Source of the DNA: Utricularia gibba
Lineage: Eukaryota > Plantae > Magnoliophyta
NCBI GenBank assembly: GCA_002189035.1
Contig: NEEC01000009.1
Location: 1,426,001-1,490,000 of the forward strand
DNA length: 64,000 nucleotides
Reading direction: 5' to 3'
The notes under the pieces: generated by a model
What the model saw: only the letters and a program-made list of their open reading frames with translations
Told to the model about the DNA's origin: nothing
Database searches by the model: none
In this document: in pieces, positions 11,246 to 24,596 of the stretch
Numbering within the stretch: the first letter of the stretch is position 1
Layout of the letters: each line of letters begins with the position of its first letter
Program-made: the position numbers and the translations under genes

Positions 11246-14169
11246 ATGTCCTGGTCGGCCACCCGCCGCAGTGGAGCCGGAAATGTCGCCGCCACTACCG
11301 GAAAGGTTACAGTAGTTCCCGGTAAGTGTACTGCTGCGGCGAATGGAAAGGAGAATGTGAGGCCTTTGTCAAGAATCAGGCCCTCACTGCAAAAACCTAG
11401 TTCTCGGACGACAGCCCCAAGGGAGGATTTAAATTCACGTGCTAGGAGATCTACTTCGTCGGTGCCCAGAGGAAGGAGCGCTAGTCCTGTGGAGTTTAGA
11501 AGGACTTTTTCAGATATCAGAAAAAGCCCTCGCTACCGGATTCATCACTGTGCAAAGGTAATGGTTCTGAGAAGAGAAGGGATTCTAAGCATTTCAATAT
11601 AATTGAGGTCGCTGTTGATGCTGCTGCTGCTAATGGGAAGAAAGACTTCAACTTGAGCTCCATGTTGGTTAAAAACAAGCCCATGCTTGAAGTTTGTTCC
11701 AATAAATCAGGGAAAAAAGGGCTAATTTCTCATCAGTTTCAACACAGTTCTAAAATATCGGATGTGAAAACTAGCGTGGGTAGCAGCACAAAAGGTGACA
11801 AGAATGTCGGTTCGTCATCCACAGAAAAGTCGGGTCTTTTTCATTTTAGGGAAAAGCCAATTTCGGATCTCTCTCCGAAAGTCGGTGCTTCGCTTGGTCC
11901 AAAACATAGAGCTTCTGACATTGTAGTTGGGGTTTCATCCAGTTTGAAAAAGTCACAGATGGAGGACAAGGTGAGTGGTTTCTCTAGAGAAAACCGTCCC
12001 AGTGACTACCGGAGCAAGCTACAGGAGAAGCTGGCTGATCTAGAAGGTAAGGTGAAGCAGATAGCTTCGGACATTAATAGGACTAAAGAAATGCTGGATA
12101 TGAACAATACAGATGCTTCGAAGATGATATTATCTGATATTCAGGAGAAGATTTCTGGAATTGAGAAGGCAATGGTCAATGTCGTTAAACACGATGAAGA
12201 TGAAATAAGGAGGTGTGCTACAGTATGTGAAAATGGTGCTAAGAACAGCAAACCTGTGATGGATGGTGAAGTTCATCTTCAAGGGCTGAATGCAGAAAAA
12301 CTAGAAGATAGATTGTTTCCGCATCACAAGTTAATAAGAGATAGGACTTCAAGAAGGTCCTCTTTTGGAGATTCTATTGCCACACTCAACACAGACGGCA
12401 ACTTAGTTTCTTCCCGTGCTAATGCCTCTAGAGTGGAAGGCCAAAATCCTTCTATTGAGATAGAAGATTCGAGCTCAGATTCTAGTGAAGCCAGAGAGAT
12501 GGATGATATAGTGACTTCAACTGCCAAATGCTCTTCTTTTAATGTGCTTGGGGTAACAGTGATAATTTTGATTCTGTTTTATTATCTGAAGAGACGTTCA
12601 ATGAATGTGATGAAGAAAATATTTCTGGCATGATAATCGATGAGGAAGATTCAAAATCTAAGTTGCATGACATCGGAGTCAAGTCCTCAACCGGTGGATG
12701 GTTTGTATCTGAAGGCGATAGTGTTCTTCTTGCGCATGATGATGGTTCATGTTCTTTATATGATATAGCTAACTGTGAGGTGTGAACCATTGTAATATGT
12801 TACTTTATTTTATTTTCCCGTAAGCCCACCTCAGGTCATGTCATGCTTGAAAAGTGAAATCTAAAGTGCTCTATTTCAGACATTTTGATAATAGTTGGTG
12901 ATTTTTGCAGGAAAAGGCTGAATACAAGCCTCCTTCGTCTACCTATCCAAACCTGTGGAGGGATTGTTGGATAATTCGTGCGCCTGGCGCAGATGGATGC
13001 ACGGGGAAATATGTGGTTGCAGCATCAGCTGGGAATTCAGGGGAATCAGGGTTCTGCTCTTGGGACTTCTATAATAAAACTATTCAAGCATTTCATACTG
13101 AGAATGATTCCGGCCTTGTGAAAACGGTTCCGACTCCCGTGGCAATCGCCAGAAGGAATTCTGTTCCTGCACTGTCTGTTGAAAACAAGCAGTGGTGGTA
13201 TAAACCATGCGGCCCACTTATTATATCGGCATCCAGTTACCAAAAGGAGGTTAAAATTTATGATATACGTGATGGTGATCAAGTTATGAAATGGGAATGC
13301 CAGAAGCCTGTGGTGACTATGGATTATTCAAGTCCTCTGCAGTGGAGGAACAGAGGTAAAGTTGTAGTAGCAGAGACAGATTGTGTTTCAATGTGGGATG
13401 TGAGCTCCCTCAATTCAAAGGCTGTGTTGTCAGTCTCGTCGATAAGGAATATATCTGCTATGCATATAAAAAATACCGATGCAGAGCTTGGCGGAGGGGT
13501 GAGGCAAAGGTAACCACATCTCTCTCCAATACTCTTCCCGCCCAATGCCTGAATTTCCTTGTTTAACTTCTAAATTCTTGCTTAGAATGTCTTTAAATTT
13601 GTGCTTCTAATTCGGGCCTTCCTTTCCATCATAGAGCTACCTCACAAGAAACGGAGGGAAATGATGGTGTTGTCTGTACTCGTGATTCCATTAACGTGCT
13701 TGATTTTCGGCAACCATCCGGCATCTGCATGAAGATCCCAAAAGTTGGAGTGAGTATGCAGTCAGCTTTCTCCCGCGGCGACTCTATTTTTGTTGGGTGC
13801 ACAATTTTAAGCTCGGTTGCCACCAAAAAGCAGTCTTGCTCTCAAATCCAACACTTCTCCCTGCGCCAACAAAAGCTTGTATGCAACTTCACTCTACCTG
13901 AACCGGATAACAATATTCACGGCCACAATACAGCATTGACTCAAGTTTGGGGGGACTCAAGTCTTGTCATGGGAGTGTGTGGAGCCGGTTTCTATGTGTT
14001 TGATGCATTGAAAGATGATGATGATGGCACCCTAGGACCCTCCTCATCGAGTGCAAAGCAGGTCGTTGCCTCAGAGAACATGTTTGTTTCTCCCTCCTTT
14101 GATTACTCTCCTCCTAGAGTTCTAATCATATCCAGAGATAGACCTGCTTCTTGGAGGTACCTGCTCTAG
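11246..14169 (+). CDS. KIN14B-interacting / At4g14310-like WD40-type protein; exons 11246-12779, 12911-13509, 13635-14169; two apparent 1-nt frameshifts (A-run 11521-11525, G-run 12550-12553)
   Basis: RSTSSVPRGRSASP, LQEKLADLEGKVKQIASDI, STGGWFVSEGDSVLLAHDDGSCS, WRDCWIIRAPGADGC, DYSSPLQWRNRGK and LIISRDRPASWRYLL* match the recalled homologue; GT-AG introns at 12780-12910 and 13510-13634. Confidence 0.88.
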
Positions 14170-15099
14170 CTTATCTTCACAAGTTTCCATGCTTTTCTGA
14201 ATCTCATGTCGCCAATGGGGAATCTCTTGCCTTCTGGTGGGTTGTTTTGAAAGAAAATTGTCAAATATGGATTGTCAACTTGCTTTATGCGACAAGGTTC
14301 TTAATGCATATGATCTTATAACATGGTTGTCCAAGTGCTCCCACTGAATTTGTCACATCAACAGTCTCCATATATACGCATCATCATTTTCATTGCATTT
14401 TATTCAAAAATATGTCGTGATTCGTAAGCGAAAATTAAATAATTCAAGTAGATGTTATTTTCATTTTAAAAAGAATTAGATTGATTATTATCGTGCTTGG
14501 AGATAGAGACAACCGGCGGCTGTTTCTGCTATGATTTTTTTATTTCCTCCGTCCGTAGCACCAACCGGTCCGATTGTGAGTCAACGAAGCGTGCTGTTCA
14601 TCGGTGGTTTCCACGCGGGACGGAATCATCTTGCGACTGAAACCCATCTGGAAAACAACTTTTGTTTTGTCCCACCTTTCTTACAACAAAACAAAATCCA
14701 ATGGAAGGCGCCCGCAGGAAGTCAAGATCCCGTGTATTTAATGCCTCCAATAGAGATTCAGATATGGCGCTAGACCTAGCTGCCTAGTCGAATCACACAA
14801 ATGCACAGCAGCGAATATTTTCTACCTTACCCTTTCATGGATATGTTCCCTTCCAAGTGGTGGGGGAAAAGGCCCCATCTGGGCTGAAGGGTTTGTAGAA
14901 CCATTTGGGGTTTGTTTCTCCTCCTTTTTCATGCTATTTTTGTGCCTTGACTGTCGGTTTGTGGGAAGTATTGGGGTGAGTCGACTCTTTTCACGGTAAA
15001 GACGGAACTTTTTTTGGTTTCTGAAGTTTCCCATGTTCCTTTTTTGAACAAACTCGGGGTTTTTTATGGTAATATGTACCTAGGTTGAGATTTCTGGCC

Positions 15100-16682
15100 A
15101 TGGGGAATTGTTTGAGTTCTATTGTCAAACTTGAAACCGCACTAGATGTGACTGGTAAGTGGTGAATACTGGTTATTGCGTGATTGTTCTTTGTTCTGTT
15201 TGATTGATTGATTCAACTCTGATTGTTTTGGGCAGTCTCAAAGACTGATACCAGTGAAAGACTAACGAAACCAACCGCTGCTACCACTCCTCCGATTGAA
15301 GGTCAGATTTTGATGTCACCTGACTTGAAGATCTTCTCTTTCTCTGATCTGAAGATTGCTACCCGCAATTTTCGACTGGACACCCTGCTGGAGGGTGTTG
15401 GAAAGGGCTCGGTATACAAGGGATGGATCGATCCCAATACATTTGCTCCTGCAAAACCAAAATCAGGAAAGGTTGTTGCTGTGAAAAAACTAAACCAAGA
15501 GAGCTTCCAGGGGCAAGATGAGTGGTTGGTAAGTTAGCTTTTTTACCCACAATTTTGTATGGTTTAGAAGAACATAGCATCAATAGTCAGCTTGATTGAA
15601 TTCTTGCAGGAAAAAGTGAACTACCTTGGTCAGTTTTGTCATCCTAATCTTGTTAAACTTATTGGGTACTGTTTGGAAGATGAAAATAGACTCTTGGTGT
15701 ATGAATTTGCGGCTCGTGGGAGCTTGGAGAACCATCTTTTTCAAAGTGAGTTTTCGTTATCTCTTCTACACCTTTAGTTCATCAAATCAAGCTATTCCAG
15801 TGGACTAGTAGCTGCAGTTGTTGTTATTATGTAGGAGGATCGTATTTCCAACCTCTGTCTTGGATTCTTCGTCTCAAGGTTGCCTTAGGAGCTGCAAAAG
15901 GACTATTCTTCCTTCACAACTCTGTGACAAAAGTCATTCACAGAGACTTGAATGCTTCCAGCATTTTACTCGACTCAGTAAATTCTCAGTCCTATTCATA
16001 TGCTGTGATATGGTCTTCACTTGAACATCCAAAACTATATCACCGTTTTCTCACAGAACTACAATGCAAAACTTTCACATTTCGGTTTGGACGAGGATGG
16101 ATTAACTGGTGCAAAAAGCCAGGTAACTCCCAAGGGTACAGGGACCTATGGATATACAGCCCCAGAATACCTTGTCACAGGTGCATGATAACTAACAGTA
16201 TGTTGCAGCTGCTAGTGATTTTACATGATTCCTTATTGAGTTCATGTAAACCAGGAGATTTGACAGCAAAGAGTGATGTCTACAGCTTCGGTGTTCTGCT
16301 TCTTGAAATGCTATCCGGCAGGAGAGCCAGCGACACCAATAAATCATCTGGCGAGCAGAGCCTTATAGAATGGGCCAAGCCATACTTGGGAAACGAGCGC
16401 AAGCTCTCCCGAGTTATGGACAACCGCCTTGAGGGTCAGTACACCATTGATGCGGCTTCCAAGGTGGCCAGCCTTTCTCTTAAATGCATGTCTTTTGATC
16501 CCAAGCTGAGGCCAGAAATGGGACAAGTGGTACAAGAGCTTGTGCAACTTGTAGATTTGAAGGCTGTAGATGACATCCTGAGGAATGCATGCCGGCCACG
16601 CAAACAAAGCACTGGTGATGCCATCAACATGGTGATCGCAAAGGCTGCTTCTGTTAATCAACTGCAGTCGCAGACGGTATAA
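15100..16682 (+). CDS. Receptor-like cytoplasmic kinase VII (PBL/BIK1-like), predicted pseudokinase; exons 15100-15154, 15236-15528, 15610-15745, 15835-15977, 16057-16180, 16255-16682
   Basis: N-terminal MGNC; [56 protein letters not shown] and [14 protein letters not shown]. All five GT-AG introns join in frame with no internal stop. Confidence 0.9.
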
Positions 16683-17225
16683 GATACTCAACAGAAGCTT
16701 TGTGCGTAGAGTAGTGTTTATGTTTGGAGCATATGGGCTGTAGCGTAGAGTTGTGAATTGTGATTGTATGATTGTATCCTTTTCCTTCGTGTGGTTGATT
16801 ATAATACAGCATACGGTATAAACCTGAGGCAAAACCTCATCTTCCGTGAATCCTTGTTTTCTTTCAGAGCCATAATCACTAGATTTATGAGTGTAAAGTT
16901 AAAGATCCAGTGATGATACTTCAAATTGGTTACCATTGGGGAAGTGAATGTGCTTAAATAGAAATATGCTATTAATCTTGTGTGAAGTTTAAATATTCAA
17001 AATATACAATATTGTACAAAAAGAGATCAAATTATTATATTTGATATCACAACTAAATTCAGACATATCAATTCTAGTAATAATATATCATATTGATTAT
17101 ATATAGAAGATAAGATATATTTCAATGGAGATATTTTCCTAATATTATATGAAATTTTTTACTATAAAAAGGGGAAAATTATAAAAGTGAAGTGTCAAAA
17201 ATAAATAATATTATATAAAAAGATA

Positions 17226-17900
17226 ATGAAGGGTTATCGAGTAAGTCTGTGTGCAATGGAAGGGCCCGGCCCTTGCCGTCCACGTGGCCCACCTCAACCG
17301 TCCTTCTACCCACCCCAGCTGGTCCACATGGCGAAGCCCTGGCGTCCACGTGGTTTATCCCATGTGGTCCAAACCCGATTCTGTAGTGCAGCCCAAATCA
17401 TCTCCGCGTCCCCCACTCAGCCCATAGTAAGCAGCCTTCCTGGCCCAGCCCAACCCCTCATCGTGGCCCTGCACGAACCACCTCGGTGCTCGAGAACGGA
17501 TCGCTCCGCAGCTCTGCCCAAAGTATCTTCATCAGCTCAACCCAGCCAAGACACGTGACGCAATCCAGTCAATCAGCCCTGACGTCACCATGTCTCAGCC
17601 CACTTAGTAGTCCAACATTGCCCAGCCCAAACGTCAACGTGGCCCGTCACAGGTCCTCCACTTGGCCTAGGCCCACTCCTCGTCTCCCAGCCCAACCCTT
17701 CTCAGTGGTCCCCATCGCGCCTCTCGAAAATTTGAATATTTTTTTTTATTATTTTTGTTCCCTTTAAAATTTTGCTTTACTTAGGTTAGGGTCTCCGAAG
17801 GCGTACTTATGTGCATTAAACGCCTAAGTAGACAAACAATCAACCCTGGTTAGTCTACTTCGAAACCCATCACTTATTTAACCGTGGTTAAGGCAGGTCG
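17226..17900. mobile_element. GC-rich, internally repetitive island between AT-rich flanks; probable transposon-derived remnant
   Basis: About eight CAGCCCA-like and four CCACGTGG-like motifs within ~500 bp, no recognisable protein, and an abrupt composition change. No TIR, LTR or TSD could be identified. Confidence 0.35.
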
Positions 17901-18346
17901 GTTGACTTCTGGTAGGCATGAGATAATTTATCACAGCTCCCTATCACAATAATATTAATTTTATTTTCCCAGTGGAAAATATTCAAACAAACAAAACACC
18001 GTGCTTTCCTCAGTATGAATGTTTGTTTGGACAACACACGCAACCCCGAAGCCTCGGGTTCGCTAAAAAAGCAGCATCTTTTATGGGTTAGGTTCAGTTT
18101 TCTTTGAAAATTTCTTGCCCCAACTGCTCCAACTCCAAGTGGCGTCAGACCCCCTAATTCTACATTTTTTTTAGTTCATTTCCACTAACGTGTACTTCCT
18201 GGGTCTGCTTTTTCATTTTGAAATTTGAATAGATGAGAAAGTTGCGATCTTTCTACAGACAAACCTGATCCACAGACGAGGCTCTGTAACAAGGGTTCTT
18301 GATCTAGTTGAAGAGGATGCCGATCCTGGGGAGCAACGCTGGGAGC

Positions 18347-19382
18347 ATGAGCGGCCCAACTTTTCATGAGTTGAAGAACCATGTTTCTGGTTACCTCAAG
18401 GAGAAGATCAGAACTGCGAGATTAGTTCTAACAGACGTTACCCCTGTGCAGCTGTAAGGATCCTTTTTCCATAGACTTTTATTGATCTTTGTCCTGATTT
18501 CTCCTGCTTGCTTGCAAGATTGGTGGAGGAAGCCACAAATGGGAATCCCCAAGTTCCAGAGGTACGGATGCTGAAGATGATCTCCAGGGCAGCATTTGAA
18601 GTAGACGATTACTGGAGAATTGTGGATATTCTGCACAAAAGGTCAACCAACCCTTCCTGGTTTTCTGTTTTGTGTATCATGGCGTTTGATCCTGATTGAG
18701 GGTTGTCTCAGATTACTTAGATTTGATCGGAGGAACTGGAGACAGTCATATAACACACTGATCATACTTGAGAACTTGCTGATTCACGGCCCTGAGAGAG
18801 TGACTGAGGAGTTTCAATGTGACAGAGATGTTATCTTGCAGATGATAACTTTCCAGCATGTTGATGACAGAGGGTATGTGTTCCTTCTCTGTTGATGGAG
18901 CGAATCCAGAAGATTTTATCAGTGCATCTGATCATGGTTTCAGATTCAACTGGGGTGCCAACATGGGGAAGAAATCAGAGAGGATTTTGGAGCTGCTGGA
19001 GAAGGGGCCTCTCTTCAGACAAGAGAGAGACAGAGCAAGGAGAGTCTCAAGAGAGATCAAAGGCTTCGGCAGCTTCAATGGCACAAATTTGAAACTAAGA
19101 CATGGAACAGAAGAACTGTTTGGTAGATGCAACTCAGCTTTCATTGTTCATGAGGAAGACAAGAGCAAAGACATGATGCCTGCAAGCAGATATACTCACA
19201 AGGATGAGGTGGTGGATTCTGAAGAAAACTTTGATCCAAGAATGGAAACTGTAGACAAGCCCCTGTTGCATGAAAAGAAGACAGAATCTACCTTGACCGG
19301 AGACCGACATCCTTTTGTCGATACCAAGCAGGATGCAGAAGCATCGCTGCTGCTATCGACAGCAGATGAGCAACCAGCATAA
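18347..19382 (+). CDS. ENTH/VHS (epsin-like) protein; exons 18347-18453, 18519-18641, 18712-18873, 18944-19382
   Basis: LKEKIRTARLVLTDVT, ISRAAFEVDDY, FDRRNWRQSYNTLIILENLLIHGPE and GFNWG; in-frame GT-AG introns. Confidence 0.88.
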
Positions 19383-19587
19383 CCATCTGGTTGACTTCCT
19401 TTCAGTTCTTGATGGATCACAATTTCTTATTGTGATGAATAAAGGCTACATTTATATCACCAAGGCTTCCCTCATATACAAAAGTACTTAACAGGAACTA
19501 TTGAATCCTATGACAAGAGCAACTACTGCACTCACCACACAGCTGGTTGAGTGTAATAGTTTTATACAGACTCCATGCATCTACACA

Positions 19588-21755
19588 TCATAACTCCTTT
19601 AGTCTCCCGATTTTTTCCCACCCGGAGTAGTACACAGCTTTTACACAAGAAACAAAGAAATTCCAACAGGAAGAAGGCCAGTACCATGGATAGAGCAGCC
19701 GGAAAAAGAGGCTTATAATGAACCGAGGATACTTCCCCACCTGTGGATCATAAAGGCTGATTCATCCCTAGTAGTGATTTTTCACTAAAATATCCATTGT
19801 TGAATGATTAATGAATCAAAGAATACCCACAGGGAAGAGAAAGTCCAAGGCATCCCATGCTGCATGACGAACAGCTCTTGTAGGATACATAGGCCCGCCT
19901 GGAGAAGTGAAGCTATACAAACATGTTTTCAGTCTCGTGCTAGTTGCCATTCTAAGTTCAATACCTGCATGAAATATTTTAATTGAGTTAATCAACATGA
20001 GCGATTTCCTTAGGACATGGAGTGATCGTGGGAGCCCACCTCGAAGAACTTTAATCCGAGAGAGGTAATGCACAAGTACTGGCTCTATCTTCAATTTTTG
20101 GAGCTGATTCACCAGCCAGGAAGAAAATACAAGTTGCTTAAATCAGGATAACATGTGCATTCCTAACTCATTGAGAGGATGTAACAATTTGCTACCTGAT
20201 CAGCAATTTCAGTCACAAATATGTCTGAGGCATTACCAACCAAGAAAGCATTCGGAAAATCAGGGAACTGTTTCAGAAAGACTTCAAGATTCTCTTCTGC
20301 ATCACAAAGATCTACTTTAATAAATTGACACAAATGTTGCGAGCAAGACATTCAGAGGCAAAGATAGAATACTAATCACCCGAATTATAAAAAAACATGA
20401 ATCTTGATAGTAGTAGGAAGAGGTCTCTCTGAGCCTGATGCCATAGAAAAGCATAGGTTAACACTTAAAACAGCCACAAGGTTAAAAAATCAATGACGAG
20501 AGAATGGAAATGCAGTAATACCTGCAAAGGAATCTTACTTAACCTTTCTGAACACAGAGCAACTTCATCCAGGAGATACTACAGTTCATAATGGTGAGTT
20601 CCGAACGTTGTATATTACCAATAAGGAAATCATCTCATAAAAGAAAACTATGCATACCTTAAATAGACTCTGGAAACGCCTGGAATTTGTTTGTGTGTCA
20701 ATCCTGAACCAGAAACATGGGGAATATATAATTTCACACAAACAGGGAGATGATCATTCCCTGGGAAAAATAACAACAATTTAAATGACCACTGACACAC
20801 TAGCGTTTCCTTGCAGAAGGGTTCCCAACACGCATGGACGAGACATCAAATAATAAAAATCAATTCTTTAAGAAAAAAAAATTCTGGATCTTTCTTTTAG
20901 CAGCTGGAGTGTGTTCCAAGCGGCCTGAAATTCTAGGCGAGCAAGGCACTTGACAGTGCATCTCAGTCTCACTAAAAGGTAGAGCTCATACCAGAAAATG
21001 TTCCTTGCACCTTGAACAAGAGCAGCACAATAACGGAGTAGAATTACTGGATTACCAAGCTCAACCTCAAAAATCTGTAGCATCGAAGAGCAAATCAAGG
21101 ATAGAACAGTCAAGAACCCAACACAACATGCTAAAGATAATTCAAACGTGTGTATAAGTTGGAGGAGAACATAAGTTTACCCATTTGTGGAACAATAGGG
21201 CAAATATATTAGATGCAAATGCCTGGCTCCAGAGTCGCATGATCAGATCAAGTATAGTTCTCCCATTTTGAGGCATGCACACAAAATGATCAGAAAGCAC
21301 GTTAAAAAAACATACGTGCTCCCCATACCCATCAGCCTCGGCAGAGATTGAACCTTCCTCACCAAATATAATGTCTGCCACAAAGACCCAACAACAAAAG
21401 ATTAAAGACACCAGAGCGCCACGAACACAAGCCAAACATATTCCATCTGAAATATCATAATATTCCAAAACGCAACCAAAGAATAAATTCTCCAACTTTA
21501 CCCTTGGAGCGTTCGTCCACTTCCAGAGCAACATCCGCAAACAGCTCTTGCAACAAATTTCCCCTCTGCGCAGCCGAAGACAAGGCCTGCATATCAAAAC
21601 GCCCATAAGCATCACATAATCCATAGACCCACAAATTCAACGGGTTAAAGAAAGTTAAAATGGAGGAAATCACATACCCGTTGAAGTTTTTTATCGATCT
21701 CGGATGAAAGCGCCGTTAGATAAGCGGAGCCCCCAACACCCGATGGCGGTGACAT
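19588..21755 (-). CDS. Conserved plant protein of unknown function, multi-exon (about 10 exons)
   Basis: The spliced frame MSPPSGVGGSAYLTALSSEIDKKLQR|ALSSAAQRGNLLQELFADVALEVDER...WSQAFASNIFALLFHKW...YSFTSPGGPMYPTRAVRHAAW...LFFRLLYPWYWPSSCWNF is continuous across GT-AG introns. Confidence 0.85.
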
Positions 21756-22456
21756 TGTAATTCCGACCTGGTCCGGATCATCACAGAAAAGGAAATCTGG
21801 CCCAAATTATTCCTTGACCTCCCTTAAAGTTATGAATAGAGATTGCTTGTCAGCCATGCACAAGACCAACATAAATTCTGTCATTCATTGCCATCGGAGC
21901 GGATAAGAAATGAGGAAAAGTGTCGTGTTCTCTTCCGACGACCGAATGAATTGAAGTAATCCGAAATTCCCTCAAACTGACGCGTCATTCTAGTTGTACC
22001 CCATGCATAACCAATAGTACCATCACATGCACTAACAGCATCACCGGAGTTGCTATCGATCCGCCGTCCTTGGCCGCCGATTAAGCCATCTCCGGTAACG
22101 CAAATCATCCTGAACTGTCAGCACAGCAACTCGGAGGGAGAAACAGATACAAAACTATTCAAGACGAAGCAGCTTTTAACATGACGACACAGAGCAGGCT
22201 GGTTATGTATCAGGGGGAAAAAGTGGAATGTGAGCATCAGAATCAAAGCATTACAATAATGAGATGGTGTTCCAGTTGCAGACCCAGCCACACAGATAGA
22301 CAAATCCCGGTAAGAAAAGACGGGATCAAAACCAAATTTGTTCTTTCCAGACAACACCAACACACTGACCGAGTGGAGATCGTTTGGCAGCCGGCGAGAC
22401 TACAAAGAAAGAGTAGTTTGGATCCAGCAGAGAACTAATATCTTACTTCGCCGGAT

Positions 22457-23581
22457 TTAATTTGCACGCGTCTGGAATACTTCAAGAGACATCTCGCTTG
22501 CATCAGTAGCTTGTAGCTCAACCTGAATGCCATCTAATTCCCTCTTGAACCTGTCCTTTGAGCTCGCGTAGATCATTTTGCTCCTCACCTTGGCAGTGTC
22601 GGGGGACCTGAGTTCACAGAATTTTGGAATACAGGGTGTCTCTGGTATGATAACATGTTAAAAAGATAAAGAAATTACCAAGCAATGAAGAAAATCCTGC
22701 TCTTTGGAACATTCCCTTCGGTCAGAAACTCAAAATCATAGACAGCATATCTGCACTCCTCAGCAGGCAGGCTTGCAGCAAAGTCTTCATATGTTTGGGT
22801 TGGTTCACCAAGCTTTTCCACAAGTACCTGTTTCTGCTTCTCCTCAATCTTGAAAACAATGAAACGGTGTGTACGTTTAGCTTTCAGCTCCATAAACTTG
22901 AGTTTGCAGTCATCATGAACAGCCATTCCAGAAGCTGCATTAGCCTGAGAACCAAAGGGAAAGCCCATAAGGAAAAAGAAACATACACCATCAACCAAAA
23001 CAATGGTTATAAACCTTGATCCTTAGCTAGTCTTCATTCTGTAAACCACAGAATAATAGACACCCAAAAAAAAAAGCATCAAAATGAAACGTAGTTACAG
23101 TCTACTACAAGATGCGGCCATGAAACGCCTCGTTCAGATTCAATTAAACAGCACTTCTGTTAGCTGCGTTACGAAATCCGGAGCGCTCGCATTTTCGGGA
23201 AGCCAGAGTTGAACACGAAAAACGTAAGCAGAAACAGGATAAACTTATGCACAGAATCATACTGATAGCAGCGTAGTCCTGTCAACGACTAGAACGCAAA
23301 ATTCATGAAAGATCCAGACCAACGGCGTATCATGCGATATAAATTACTACAAAATCCTACAAAAAATCCACCAACAACAGGTCACCAACAGTAACCTACT
23401 CCCGGATCCGGCAAACGAAAAGTCGCAAACGTGCGACTGAATCCAGGGAGCGATTTCCGCTTTCAACTAGAAAAACAAAAGATCGCACTAAGAGTGGAGA
23501 GTACGCACAAAAACAGAGCCAAGGAAAAAAAAACAAGGAAATCACCATAGATAGCATACTGAAACAAAAAGTCAATACCAT
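22457..23581 (-). CDS. ADF: Actin-depolymerizing factor; exons 23581-23579 (ATG only), 22944-22679, 22607-22457
   Basis: [27 protein letters not shown] and KSRIFFIAW|[26 protein letters not shown]; ATG-only first exon typical of plant ADF genes. Confidence 0.95.
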
Positions 23582-23819
23582 GGCGACTATCGGAGAAGTC
23601 GCTACGCTTTAGCAAGAATTCTCCGGAGACGAGATTTAGGGCTGAGAAGAAGCCTCCGTTTTCTCGGGGTCGATATGCTTAAGAGGAAAGCTTACTTGGG
23701 CAGCGACACAGAGCAAGAATGAATATCTTTCGCGTGTACGTACGTACAATTTGCAATCGTTACCAATTGCCAATTTACAATATATACGATATTACGCTTT
23801 CTCAATTGAAGAGTCTATG

Positions 23820-23890
23820 GATGATTTGGGCCGTCCAGGCCCATAAGTAGTGAACTGAAAAGGAGAATTTGGGCTTCAGGCCCAGTCGCA
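23820..23890. promoter_or_regulatory. Site II (TGGGCY/GGCCCA) cluster in the divergent ADF/GH43 promoter
   Basis: tgggcc, ggcccat, tgggct and ggccca between two head-to-head genes. Confidence 0.55.
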
Positions 23891-24596
23891 TGAACCGTTG
23901 GGATGAGCTGTTAGCGTAGAGGGAAATATAGCAGTTCTTCCCGGTTGTTCAAGAAACAGTAACATTTTACAGTCTTGGTTTTACAACACCTGAAATCCAG
24001 AACTCTCAGTAGGATTTTCAGCCGAAGAATCAGTTGGTGTGAACGGCGCTTCTAGGCTTTTCCTCTTGAGGATTTCAAAGAAATCTGCTTCTGTACTCGG
24101 GGAATTGGTAGTTGGGGTTCTCTAACCCTGATCTAGAAATCAATTTTGTGGTGATTGTTGAAGTTTTTGTGTATTCGAAGTTCATGATGGTGCTTCGTGC
24201 ATCACTTGGTCAGATGCGTGGTTGTTCTTTTCCGGTTACCGATTTTTCCAGTAAGTTGGTTTGGTCAATCTACTGCTTTGTGGATGGATCTTCGTCTCTC
24301 TTTGTCTTGCTCGTTTTTCTACTGTGAAATCAGTTCCCGTTAGATGAACTCCTTTTCGTATTGTTGCAGCGTGCAGGTGTTTGAATTTAGATCATGGATT
24401 CTTACACATTTAGCTTTTATGGTAACAACCTAGGGATTCGCCGCTGGTTTTGTTTTTTCTGGGATTTTATCATCTTTATTTGCGTATCCAATAAATCTTA
24501 TATGTTCATGAAACCGAGATGAGGTTGTAACTTATGTATTTACTTTCTTGAATGCTGTCAGAGGATATGTTGTTGAAGATCTAAAAGACTTGAAAA

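Noticed and set aside
11558-11607. A 50-nt GT-AG intron that could repair the first At4g14310-like frame change without invoking an error
   Set aside because: Very short, purine-rich and without a pyrimidine tract; the A-run deletion fits the window-wide error pattern better, though RNA-seq is needed to exclude the intron.
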